From: a virus | IMG/VR virus record: IMGVR_UViG_3300035034_000207 | Coordinates: 5,879 to 69,878 of that record | Length of the DNA: 64,000 nt | Strand: one strand, 5' to 3' | In this document: positions 1 to 7,786 of the stretch, piece by piece | How the letters are laid out: every line of letters starts with the position of its first letter | How positions within the stretch are numbered: the first letter of the stretch is position 1 | Notes under the pieces: model-generated | Told to the model about the DNA's origin: nothing | What the model saw: the letters and a program-made list of their open reading frames with translations, nothing else | Databases searched by the model: none | Translations under genes and position numbers: made by a program

Positions 1-132
1 CCTACAAAAAGAAAGTCATTAACATTATACGTAACTCATGGGATTTTCTCAAAGGGTACCGATATTCTAAAAGAAGCTGGGTATGATAACGTTTCATGTT
101 ATAATGATATGCGGAAGGATAATATATTATGA
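1..132 (+). CDS. 3' end of ribose-phosphate pyrophosphokinase (Prs/Adps-like), truncated by window edge
   Basis: Frame 1 reads PTKRKSLTLYVTHGIFSKGTDILKEAGYDNV...NIL*; LYVTHGIFSKG is the C-terminal motif of PRPP-synthetase-family proteins. Not in the supplied ORF track. Confidence 0.7.
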   Translation, partial: PTKRKSLTLYVTHGIFSKGTDILKEAGYDNVSCYNDMRKDNIL

Positions 133-380
133 AAACGCGTAAAGTCAGATACATCGAATGTTCAAATTTAGACACCGGTATTTTGGTTAAAGCATACTTT
201 GATGTTGGTGATTTTGATGGCACCGGCACGCTATACAAATCCTTACAGGGAGATAAGTGGCTAACAACAATTGAAACAGATCACGAACTGGGTATTTTTG
301 AAACTAAGTTTAACGTTGATAACCATTTAGCTAATATGAATAGCTGGATTGGCGATCACAAAGTTAATGGAGAAGACTAA
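129..380 (+). CDS. hypothetical protein
   Basis: 83-aa ORF, ATGA-coupled to the upstream stop, AAGGA RBS. Confidence 0.65.
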   Translation: MKTRKVRYIECSNLDTGILVKAYFDVGDFDGTGTLYKSLQGDKWLTTIETDHELGIFETKFNVDNHLANMNSWIGDHKVNGED

Positions 381-381
381 C

Positions 382-915
382 ATGGAACTAAAACCAAAAT
401 ATAACATAGGTGATGTGGTGTTGTACCCTTCAGCTTCATACATACCCGTTCGTGATGGGTGTTCAGATTGTCTAGAATCTGGTAAAGCCATTTTAACATT
501 AGGCACAAAAGAATCAATAGAAGTTAATTGCCCAACGTGTAAAGGCGTTGGGAACATACAAAGACACGACTGGAAATGTTGTATTAATACCATGGTCGTC
601 GGTCTAATAAAATACGATTCTAGTGAAGGATTTTCTTATATGTGTAACGAAACTGGAATTGGTTCTGGAGCAGTCTATAAAGAGCACAAGTTGTTTAGTG
701 ATACGCATCTTGCTGAAACTGTTGGTAGTCAGGAAGCTTTAAACAGAATGAAGTCTATCGCTAAGCAAAACCTAACAAACAAGAAACCTTTTGATAGAAT
801 TAATGAAATGTTAGAGACTCTTGGTTATACTAGAAACCAATCTGCGAGACAGAAAGCTAAATTCATATCATGGGCAAATTCTGCCAATTTAGATGAGACA
901 CAAACCAATGTCTAG
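382..915 (+). CDS. hypothetical protein with CxxC...CxxCxGxG zinc finger
   Basis: CSDC and CPTCKGVG motifs; ATG at 382 directly after the previous stop, GGAG RBS. Confidence 0.7.
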   Translation: MELKPKYNIGDVVLYPSASYIPVRDGCSDCLESGKAILTLGTKESIEVNCPTCKGVGNIQRHDWKCCINTMVVGLIKYDSSEGFSYMCNETGIGSGAVYKEHKLFSDTHLAETVGSQEALNRMKSIAKQNLTNKKPFDRINEMLETLGYTRNQSARQKAKFISWANSANLDETQTNV

Positions 916-1495
916 AACACCCACAAACTATTACATATCAGACACGCACTTTGCTCATCGTAATATCGTTGTCTTTACTGATAATAATGGCAATAAAATC
1001 CGTGAGTTTGAAACATATGAAGAACACGACGAAGCTATTATTAAAAACGTAAATTCAATAGTAAAACCACAAGATAGACTATACATATGCGGTGATGTTG
1101 CAATTTCTAAAAGAGGCATAGAAAACGTTGGTAGATTAAACGGCCGCAAGGTTCTAATCAAAGGTAACCACGACATTTTCAAACTAAAAGATTATACGTC
1201 ATATTTCGACGACATCAGGTCATATAAGATGATCCCAAAACATGGCGTTATAGTTTCACACATTCCAATCAGATTGGAACCAAGAGACTATCATAGATGG
1301 GGTTGGAACGTGCATGGTCACACTCACCACAATGTAATAGACGATCCAAGATATATTAATATATGTCTAGAACACACCAATATGTTTCCAGTGAGCTTTG
1401 ATGAGATTTTGGAAACAATTAAAGAACGTGAAGAAATCATGTTTAATATGCAAGACAATAACGAAACACTAACACACTTAACAAATTGGAAATAA
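908..1495 (+). CDS. calcineurin-like metallophosphoesterase
   Basis: SDTHF, GDV, GNHD, SHIP, HGHTH motifs. Confidence 0.9.
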   Translation: MSRTPTNYYISDTHFAHRNIVVFTDNNGNKIREFETYEEHDEAIIKNVNSIVKPQDRLYICGDVAISKRGIENVGRLNGRKVLIKGNHDIFKLKDYTSYFDDIRSYKMIPKHGVIVSHIPIRLEPRDYHRWGWNVHGHTHHNVIDDPRYINICLEHTNMFPVSFDEILETIKEREEIMFNMQDNNETLTHLTNWK

Positions 1496-1502
1496 CACAA
1501 TC

Positions 1503-1718
1503 ATGGCCGCTAAATTACAATTTCTATGGTACGGGTACGTTGAACAACCTTCTGGAGATCTTAAAGTAAAAAGATTCTATTCGCATACTGACATTAGAGA
1601 ATTACAACAGAAAACAGTTGATGAAATTTCATATGTAACGCCAATGCCATATGAGGCAACTAATAAGGATGGAGCTATTCTTATACTTAAATCTAGAATA
1701 AGACAACTAGGAGATTGA
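1503..1718 (+). CDS. hypothetical protein, tandem paralog A
   Basis: Shares LWYGYV..PSGDL.VK.F and SYVTP motifs with the next ORF. Confidence 0.75.
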   Translation: MAAKLQFLWYGYVEQPSGDLKVKRFYSHTDIRELQQKTVDEISYVTPMPYEATNKDGAILILKSRIRQLGD

Positions 1719-1722
1719 TAAT

Positions 1723-1950
1723 ATGACAACATCAGAAAATAAAAACTTATGGTATGGGTACGTTTATAAACCATCTGGAGATTTACAAGTAAAACTATTT
1801 TTTGATATGTTAGACATCAAAGAAGCACAACAAATGTTAGGGTATACTGTCTCGTATGTTACACCAGCGCCATTTGGAGCCGATAGTCGTGAAGATGCTT
1901 TATCTATTCTTCGAGTAAGATTAGGGCAGCTAGTTAAAGAAAATACTTAA
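1723..1950 (+). CDS. hypothetical protein, tandem paralog B
   Basis: Paralog of 1503..1718; GGAG RBS. Confidence 0.75.
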   Translation: MTTSENKNLWYGYVYKPSGDLQVKLFFDMLDIKEAQQMLGYTVSYVTPAPFGADSREDALSILRVRLGQLVKENT

Positions 1951-2089
1951 AATAAGTAGTTGATTTTAAACATGAATTTGATGTAAAAACACATTAAATG
2001 TGCTTCTATTGGTAATCCATCAGTAAACACAAAATAAACGAATTTAAATGAAATAAACTGTTTACATCTATTATTGATTGTTGTAATAT
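1948..2089 (+). repeat. dispersed non-coding element, copy 1 (IHF-consensus site + conserved core + early promoter)
   Basis: Similar to the reverse complement of 22290-22410; core TCTATTG(G/A)TAATCCATCAGTAAAC at 2005-2028 matches 22331-22354 at 23 of 24 positions. Confidence 0.8.
2060..2089 (+). promoter_or_regulatory. early (sigma70-type) promoter
   Basis: GTTTACA-17 nt-TAATAT upstream of 2131. Confidence 0.75.
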
Positions 2090-2130
2090 TATTCTATAAA
2101 CAATAACTACAACAAATTGAGGAATATATC

Positions 2131-2508
2131 ATGTCTAATAACAAAATCACAGATTTCAATAAACAAAATCTTAAAATGCTTCGTGAAGAGTTAAACGCCG
2201 CTCTTAAAGCTGTCGCAGATAAATATGAAATAAATATTCATGTAGGTAATATGACGTTTCGACCAGATGAAACTAGTGTTAAGATGGTAATGTCTACAAA
2301 GTGTCAATCTGAAGCGCAGCGTCAAGAGCTTAAAAAATACGCAAAGGTCTTTGGTTTAGAAAGTATTGAAAATACAAAATATAAATTGGTAAAAATTGAT
2401 TCACGCAAACCAAAGTACCCGTTTATTATTGAAAGGTCTGATACGCCTGGTAAATTATTTAAAATAAGCAAAGATCATGCTCAAGCTATCTTTGGAATAT
2501 CAAAATAA
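2131..2508 (+). CDS. hypothetical early protein
   Basis: 125-aa ORF with strong GAGGA RBS behind an early promoter. Confidence 0.8.
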   Translation: MSNNKITDFNKQNLKMLREELNAALKAVADKYEINIHVGNMTFRPDETSVKMVMSTKCQSEAQRQELKKYAKVFGLESIENTKYKLVKIDSRKPKYPFIIERSDTPGKLFKISKDHAQAIFGISK

Positions 2509-2525
2509 AGAGATTAATAACATAT

Positions 2526-2738
2526 ATGATCAAATTAACTCACTACAAAGGGAAGCTAGGATATGTTAGCTTCCCTGAATACCAAGAAGTTATTATTGAC
2601 GAAGTGGAATTGCACGACGATAATATTGATGATTATCATTTTATAGTTAAAGCACATTCTGGTGATACTATCTTAAATGCGACGTTTAAGTTTACTGTTT
2701 TAGAGTTTTACACTAAATTCCTATTAGACAATAAATAA
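2526..2738 (+). CDS. hypothetical protein
   Basis: 70-aa ORF in operon context. Confidence 0.6.
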   Translation: MIKLTHYKGKLGYVSFPEYQEVIIDEVELHDDNIDDYHFIVKAHSGDTILNATFKFTVLEFYTKFLLDNK

Positions 2739-2778
2739 AAAGTCTTACTTTATATACACGAAAGGTCTACAAGCTTCA

Positions 2779-3153
2779 TTGACAACAAAACCAAACACCT
2801 CATTCTGGGGATTTCACATGATGTTGGACGTTCTAAAATGCAAAGAACATTCTGGGTATACCAACCCATATATTCTAAAACAATGGGTTCAGACTCTAGT
2901 TAAAGAAATTGATATGGTTCCACATGGTGATCCACAGATTGTTCATTTTGGTGATGGGGATTTGGCAGGCTGGACAGTAATTCAATTAATCACAACGTCT
3001 AATATCATGGCTCATTTTAATGACGTAGACGGTTCAGCGTATATAGATGTATTTTCGTGTAAACCGTTTGATTCTAACGTCGTTCTAGACCATTTCAATA
3101 AGATTTTTGAGCCAGAGTCTATCAGAACAACTTTCTTGACTAGACAAGCATAA
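2779..3153 (+). CDS. speD: S-adenosylmethionine decarboxylase-family pyruvoyl proenzyme
   Basis: WGFHMMLD N-terminus, ITTSNIMAHF self-cleavage region, YIDVFSCKPFD motif. Confidence 0.8.
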   Translation: MTTKPNTSFWGFHMMLDVLKCKEHSGYTNPYILKQWVQTLVKEIDMVPHGDPQIVHFGDGDLAGWTVIQLITTSNIMAHFNDVDGSAYIDVFSCKPFDSNVVLDHFNKIFEPESIRTTFLTRQA

Positions 3154-3158
3154 TTTTG

Positions 3159-3187
3159 TTGACATTAGTAATGAAATGTTGTATAAT
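3159..3187 (+). promoter_or_regulatory. consensus sigma70 promoter with no downstream ORF
   Basis: TTGACA(3159-64)-17 nt-TATAAT(3182-87), with TG extension. Confidence 0.8.
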
Positions 3188-3192
3188 AATAA

Positions 3193-3300
3193 CTATATAA
3201 ACCTCAAGTTCGTCTTGGTATAAAACAATAAAAACCCGCCAGATTATCAAGACGAGCAAACTATAAAGAGAACTGGATTAAATTCTAGTTCTCTTTTCTT
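3193..3300 (+). ncRNA. candidate small RNA (~105 nt)
   Basis: Between the perfect promoter and a terminator; 13-bp stem 3208-3220/3245-3257 with two G-U pairs that form only on the + strand; no ATG. Confidence 0.5.
3265..3300. terminator. intrinsic terminator, probably bidirectional
   Basis: AAAGAGAACTGGA/TCTAGTTCTCTTT stem followed by T-rich tail, abutting the gene 13 stop. Confidence 0.7.
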
Positions 3301-4128
3301 TTACTGGAAAAAACCCATTGCTGGATATTCGTATTCTTTACGTAGCTGTTCTTCTAATCTAACGATCTCAGCCTCTGCACGTTCTAGAATATCATCGCCC
3401 CTCATTTGAACACCACCGATCATAGTAACACCACGATACTTTGAAAGGTTCTTACCCCAATTGCGTTCTATTAGAGCAACAGTGTATTCTTGAAGCCATC
3501 TATTACCCCAGATGTTATCTACAGATTCCATAGAGTCTTCTGTTGGATCTAACTTTCTAAAACATTTGACAACAACTCCGCCCCACGCGTTTCTGGTGTG
3601 TTTTAAACCGCCTGCGATATACAATCTCTTTGTAATATGGTTAAAGTCGTACGTTAATTCTGGGTTAAAGAAATAGTTAAGAAGAGCAATATTGGACATT
3701 GTTATATAATAGTTTAACATGTCTGCAGCTGGATAACCGTGTTTAAATATACCTTGAATGTATGATGCAAATTCCATAGATCCGCCGGCTATACCAACAG
3801 CTGGTCTAAACACATCAACAACACCTTCTACATCATCAGGTAGCTGGATATAAGTTCTCTCAGTGTCTGTGTCAGATGTGTAAACTGGTTCTCCATTTGA
3901 ATCAACTATGATCTCGCCATTAGAATCTAGCATCTGTTCTGGTGATGTAATGGTGTGTAAAAGAAATGTTAACTCTGTGGCATGGGCGTGGCGTTCGTAG
4001 AACCTATACAAAGCGTCGTCTATTCTATCGTCTATTTGCGACGTGTGTACATCTACCTTTATAACTGGTGACCCTAGTTCACGCAGACAACGGTCTTTAA
4101 ATTCTTCTCTATTTTTTGGTATACTCAT
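3301..4128 (-). CDS. 13: neck protein gp13
   Basis: R.LG.PVI.V....QIDDRIDDAL N-terminus; WL.EY..ALI..NWGKNLSKY.GV.MIGGV C-terminus. Confidence 0.9.
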   Translation of the reverse strand: MSIPKNREEFKDRCLRELGSPVIKVDVHTSQIDDRIDDALYRFYERHAHATELTFLLHTITSPEQMLDSNGEIIVDSNGEPVYTSDTDTERTYIQLPDDVEGVVDVFRPAVGIAGGSMEFASYIQGIFKHGYPAADMLNYYITMSNIALLNYFFNPELTYDFNHITKRLYIAGGLKHTRNAWGGVVVKCFRKLDPTEDSMESVDNIWGNRWLQEYTVALIERNWGKNLSKYRGVTMIGGVQMRGDDILERAEAEIVRLEEQLRKEYEYPAMGFFQ

Positions 4129-4133
4129 GTAAT

Positions 4134-4141
4134 TATTTATA
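4134..4141 (-). promoter_or_regulatory. T4-type late promoter
   Basis: TATAAATA on the minus strand just upstream of gene 13. Confidence 0.75.
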
Positions 4142-4150
4142 CATTTTATT

Positions 4151-4180
4151 GTTTACATCTTTACTAAAATATTGTATTAT
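4151..4180 (+). promoter_or_regulatory. early promoter feeding the DNA-modification operon
   Basis: GTTTACA-17 nt-TATTAT; followed by tightly packed + strand ORFs to 12526. Confidence 0.75.
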
Positions 4181-4219
4181 AGTTATATTGAAATTAATAA
4201 AAATGTTGAGGGATATACA

Positions 4220-4432
4220 ATGATAACAGAACAAATACACATCAACGAAATTAAAAACACTCGTAACATTAAAGTTGAACATAAACAATATTTTAATGAC
4301 GCTTGGGAAACGTATAGAAGTTATGTTATTTCACCGGATGATCATGATTACGATAAAGACATGAAAGCTGTAAGCAACGATTCAGAAAAGGATAATGTTC
4401 AGCTTTATTTCAACGGCCACCTTGCAAAGTAA
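4220..4432 (+). CDS. hypothetical early protein
   Basis: ATG at 4220 behind GAGGG RBS. Confidence 0.65.
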   Translation: MITEQIHINEIKNTRNIKVEHKQYFNDAWETYRSYVISPDDHDYDKDMKAVSNDSEKDNVQLYFNGHLAK

Positions 4433-4438
4433 TAGAAT

Positions 4439-4708
4439 ATGATAACACTTCCACCACAATTTATAGAGCATAAATACCCAGGGTACTTCTTCAATGTTAT
4501 AGATAATAGATTATATTCTATAAAGATAGATGGTATATTAAAACCTCTAAGATCTTATAGTTTGTTTTTTGTTAATAATAAACCAGTTAAAATAAAACAC
4601 TATCAAATATCGCATAAGGGTAAACGAAAGCATGTTACTTTAGATTCCTTAATGCTATTGAAAATGAAACACCCATCACGCCACGAAATTCCTGTTAAGA
4701 AAGAATAA
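4439..4708 (+). CDS. hypothetical basic protein
   Basis: 89-aa ORF, 2 nt before the kinase gene. Confidence 0.7.
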   Translation: MITLPPQFIEHKYPGYFFNVIDNRLYSIKIDGILKPLRSYSLFFVNNKPVKIKHYQISHKGKRKHVTLDSLMLLKMKHPSRHEIPVKKE

Positions 4709-4710
4709 TA

Positions 4711-5253
4711 ATGATCATATTAGTAGAGGGCTTGGACAGATGTTTCAAGTCTGGATCTGTTGAATACTTAAGAAGCAAAATTAAAAACCCTAAAATTCTA
4801 AATACGCATTGTGGTAAACCTCCTAAAGGTGTTAACGACTTTGGGTGGTCACTTGAATACTATAAGTTCTGGTTTAAAAACTTAGAACAAGTACATTCAA
4901 GTGGTGGCACAGTTATTTCAGATAGATCGCATCTTGGCGAATCAGTATATGCAGACTTATATAGAAATTACTCTGGTTTATATGTATATGACTTAGAGAA
5001 ATTATATGTTACAACAGATTGGTATTTACTATTGCTAACTGATGATGTTTGTGATATAATAGCTAGAGATGATGGGAAATCAATCGAAAACAATGCCAGT
5101 CAAATGCAAGCAACAAAAGAAAAATTCATATCGTCATTTAATAAATCACGTATACCAAATAAGTTACATATTGATTATGCTAGAGACGACATAACACTAG
5201 AAACACTACCAAGCGTTTTAGATAGATTTTTTGAATTAGAAGAAAGAGATTAA
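4711..5253 (+). CDS. thymidylate-kinase-like dNMP kinase (putative modified-dCMP kinase)
   Basis: MIILVEGLDRCFKS P-loop-like motif and DRSHLGESVY motif. Confidence 0.8.
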   Translation: MIILVEGLDRCFKSGSVEYLRSKIKNPKILNTHCGKPPKGVNDFGWSLEYYKFWFKNLEQVHSSGGTVISDRSHLGESVYADLYRNYSGLYVYDLEKLYVTTDWYLLLLTDDVCDIIARDDGKSIENNASQMQATKEKFISSFNKSRIPNKLHIDYARDDITLETLPSVLDRFFELEERD

Positions 5254-5258
5254 TAACG

Positions 5259-5912
5259 ATGTATAATACAGTAAAAGATATTCGCGAAGCCTTTAAACTA
5301 AAATTGAGTCGCGAAGAATTTGTAATTGATAAGACTGGTGTTAAAACAATTGAAATCGTTGGTAGTAGTTTTATCGCAGATGAACCGACTATTTTTGGTG
5401 AAGTAAACGAAGGCTACGTTAAGCGTGAATTGGAATGGTATGAAAGTCGTTCTCTTAAAGTTGCAGATATCCCTGGAAAAACTCCTAAAATCTGGGAAGA
5501 TGTTTCTTCAAAACAACATGGCGAAATTAATTCCAATTATGGATATCTTATTTGGTCACCAGAGAATCATAATCAATATCTAGAAGTTCTTGGCGAATTG
5601 TCTAGAAATAAAGATTCACGAAGAGCTATCATGATTTACACTAGACCAACAATGCATCTTGATTATTGTCGTGATGGTATGTCTGACTTTATATGTACCA
5701 ACACGGTTCAATATCTAATCCGTGATAATAAACTAAATTGTGTAGTAAATATGAGAAGCAATGATTGTATTTTTGGATTTGCTAATGATTACGCATGGCA
5801 AAAGCATGTTCTTGATAAGTTAGCAGATGATCTAGATATTGCAACTGGCGAAATTCTATGGCAGACCGGTTCTTTACATGTTTATGAAAGACACTTTAAC
5901 TTAGTTAAGTAA
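5259..5912 (+). CDS. 42: dCMP hydroxymethylase (thymidylate synthase family, T4 gp42-like)
   Basis: DKTGVKTIEI, RELEWY, GEINSNYG, DGMSDFICTNTVQYLIRD, MRSND..FGF.NDYAWQ, GSLHVY.RHF match recalled T4 gp42; Asp of NDYAW is the dCMP-specificity position. Confidence 0.93.
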   Translation: MYNTVKDIREAFKLKLSREEFVIDKTGVKTIEIVGSSFIADEPTIFGEVNEGYVKRELEWYESRSLKVADIPGKTPKIWEDVSSKQHGEINSNYGYLIWSPENHNQYLEVLGELSRNKDSRRAIMIYTRPTMHLDYCRDGMSDFICTNTVQYLIRDNKLNCVVNMRSNDCIFGFANDYAWQKHVLDKLADDLDIATGEILWQTGSLHVYERHFNLVK

Positions 5913-5919
5913 TACGCAT

Positions 5920-6270
5920 ATGAAATTAGACAATATAGATACGTTAGTAGTTGACGTTGATGGGACTCTTTGTTATATTGAGCCAGATGGAAACTATTCA
6001 ACAGTAAAACCAATACAAAACGTTATAGATAAAGTTAATGAATGTTTTAACTCTGGTAAATATATCATATTATTTACTGCGAGGGGTATGAGAACCTTTA
6101 AGGGTAACGTTCATGAAATTGATAAACATCATAGACCTATATTAACTAAATGGTTAATTGATAATGGTGTTAAATATCACGAATTGCACTTTGGTAAACC
6201 GTGGAATAGAAGAACGGCGTATCTAGATGATAATGCCTTAACAATAGAAATGTTTTTAGAAAATGAATAA
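5920..6270 (+). CDS. HAD-family (capsule-biosynthesis type) sugar phosphatase
   Basis: DVDGTL, FTARG, YHELHFGKP, YLDD motifs. Confidence 0.85.
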   Translation: MKLDNIDTLVVDVDGTLCYIEPDGNYSTVKPIQNVIDKVNECFNSGKYIILFTARGMRTFKGNVHEIDKHHRPILTKWLIDNGVKYHELHFGKPWNRRTAYLDDNALTIEMFLENE

Positions 6271-7786
6271 AACTTTATACATTATACCAGCAGCTGGTCA
6301 AGCAACCAGATTAAGACCGATTTCAAACAGATCATCCAAGTGTATGGTTCCTGTTAACGGTAAACCAATAATTTCATACATCATTGATAAAATAGATCTT
6401 GATACATCAGATGTTATTATTGTGCATGGCGATAATACAGACGTTGTTTCATATTGCGAAAAGAAATACGGATATTTAAAAATATCATTTGCTAGACAAA
6501 CCAAGACACAAGGACCTCTACACGCTGTTTATTGTGGTTTACAAAAAGTAAACGATCTTAATAATTACGATAAAGTTATTATTTGGCTAGGTGATACTAT
6601 CGTAGATAGCGAAGATGATATTTCTGATGATCATTCTTTAGTTGTTTCAGTTAAGGATTGGCAGAGATGGTGTTTTATGGATTTCGATGGTAAACTTTAT
6701 GATAAGCCTGAAAAACAACCACCAACAGATTTAGCTCTTATAGGTGTATACTGTTTTTCAGATTACAAAAGATTTAAAGAAGTCACAGATGAAATATGTG
6801 AAAGATCTTTCATGTTAAATGGTGAATACCAAATTTCTCAGTTATTAGAACGAATGGGTAACAGACCACAAGTAATTCTATCCAGCGAATGGTATGACTG
6901 TGGTGATTTACCATCATTATATGATTCATCCGCTAGAATTCTAAAGAAACGAGCGTGTAGACCAGGATCTTCTGTTTCAATTGATACGATTAGCGGAACG
7001 TTTACTAAAGCGGGGAAACGATGTGAAAATGAAGTATATTGGTATAATAATGTTCCAGATAAAGTAAAACCGTTTATACCAAATGTATATAAAACAGATG
7101 ATCTATCTTATACAATGGAATTACTACCTTCTGTTACTGTTGCAGATATGTTAGTCTTTGAAGATATGCCTGAAGATTCAATAAGATACATTATCAATAG
7201 ATGTTTAGATACATATAGATTAGCGTTCAACACTCATGATAAGTATAAGAATGATTCTGAAGGAATGTTCTTTACTAAAAACTTTGAACGTGTTACAAAG
7301 TATAAAAAGCTTGATATTCATCAGCAAGAGATCAATGAGTACCTTCGGTATACTCAGAAGATGCAACAAAAGTATTCTAGTAAATTAAATGGCGAAACTT
7401 CATGCGTGCATGGCGACTATCATCTTGGTAATATAATGTTCTCTCCTGAAACTGGCAGAGTTAAGATGATTGATCCTCGTGGTAACTGGGGTCTATTCCC
7501 GACTATTCATGGAAATTATTATTACGATTTCGTGAAGTTTATGCAATCTATCTATGGTGAATATATATGGCTGTACCCAACTATGGATACAAATATTAAT
7601 GTTCGTGATATTTGTATGGATGAAGCTGGCAAATGGTTTGGTAAAAATAACTTTGATTTTGAAATGATTTGTGATCTTGTCCCAATTATTATGGGTTCAT
7701 GTCTAGAATTTCACGACGATTCAAAAACCAGGCAAGATATGATATGGGATAAAACACTACAAATTATAAGAAACAAAAATGTATAA
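6263..7786 (+). CDS. sugar nucleotidyltransferase fused to APH/choline-kinase-like domain
   Basis: N-terminal IIPAAGQATRLRP..K.M.PVNGKP and WLGD; C-terminal HGDYHLGN and MIDPRG kinase motifs. Confidence 0.87.
   Translation: MNKTLYIIPAAGQATRLRPISNRSSKCMVPVNGKPIISYIIDKIDLDTSDVIIVHGDNTDVVSYCEKKYGYLKISFARQTKTQGPLHAVYCGLQKVNDLNNYDKVIIWLGDTIVDSEDDISDDHSLVVSVKDWQRWCFMDFDGKLYDKPEKQPPTDLALIGVYCFSDYKRFKEVTDEICERSFMLNGEYQISQLLERMGNRPQVILSSEWYDCGDLPSLYDSSARILKKRACRPGSSVSIDTISGTFTKAGKRCENEVYWYNNVPDKVKPFIPNVYKTDDLSYTMELLPSVTVADMLVFEDMPEDSIRYIINRCLDTYRLAFNTHDKYKNDSEGMFFTKNFERVTKYKKLDIHQQEINEYLRYTQKMQQKYSSKLNGETSCVHGDYHLGNIMFSPETGRVKMIDPRGNWGLFPTIHGNYYYDFVKFMQSIYGEYIWLYPTMDTNINVRDICMDEAGKWFGKNNFDFEMICDLVPIIMGSCLEFHDDSKTRQDMIWDKTLQIIRNKNV

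Noticed and set aside
2-238. 78-aa minus-strand ORF
   Set aside because: Overlaps two better-supported plus-strand frames (Prs-like end and 129..380)
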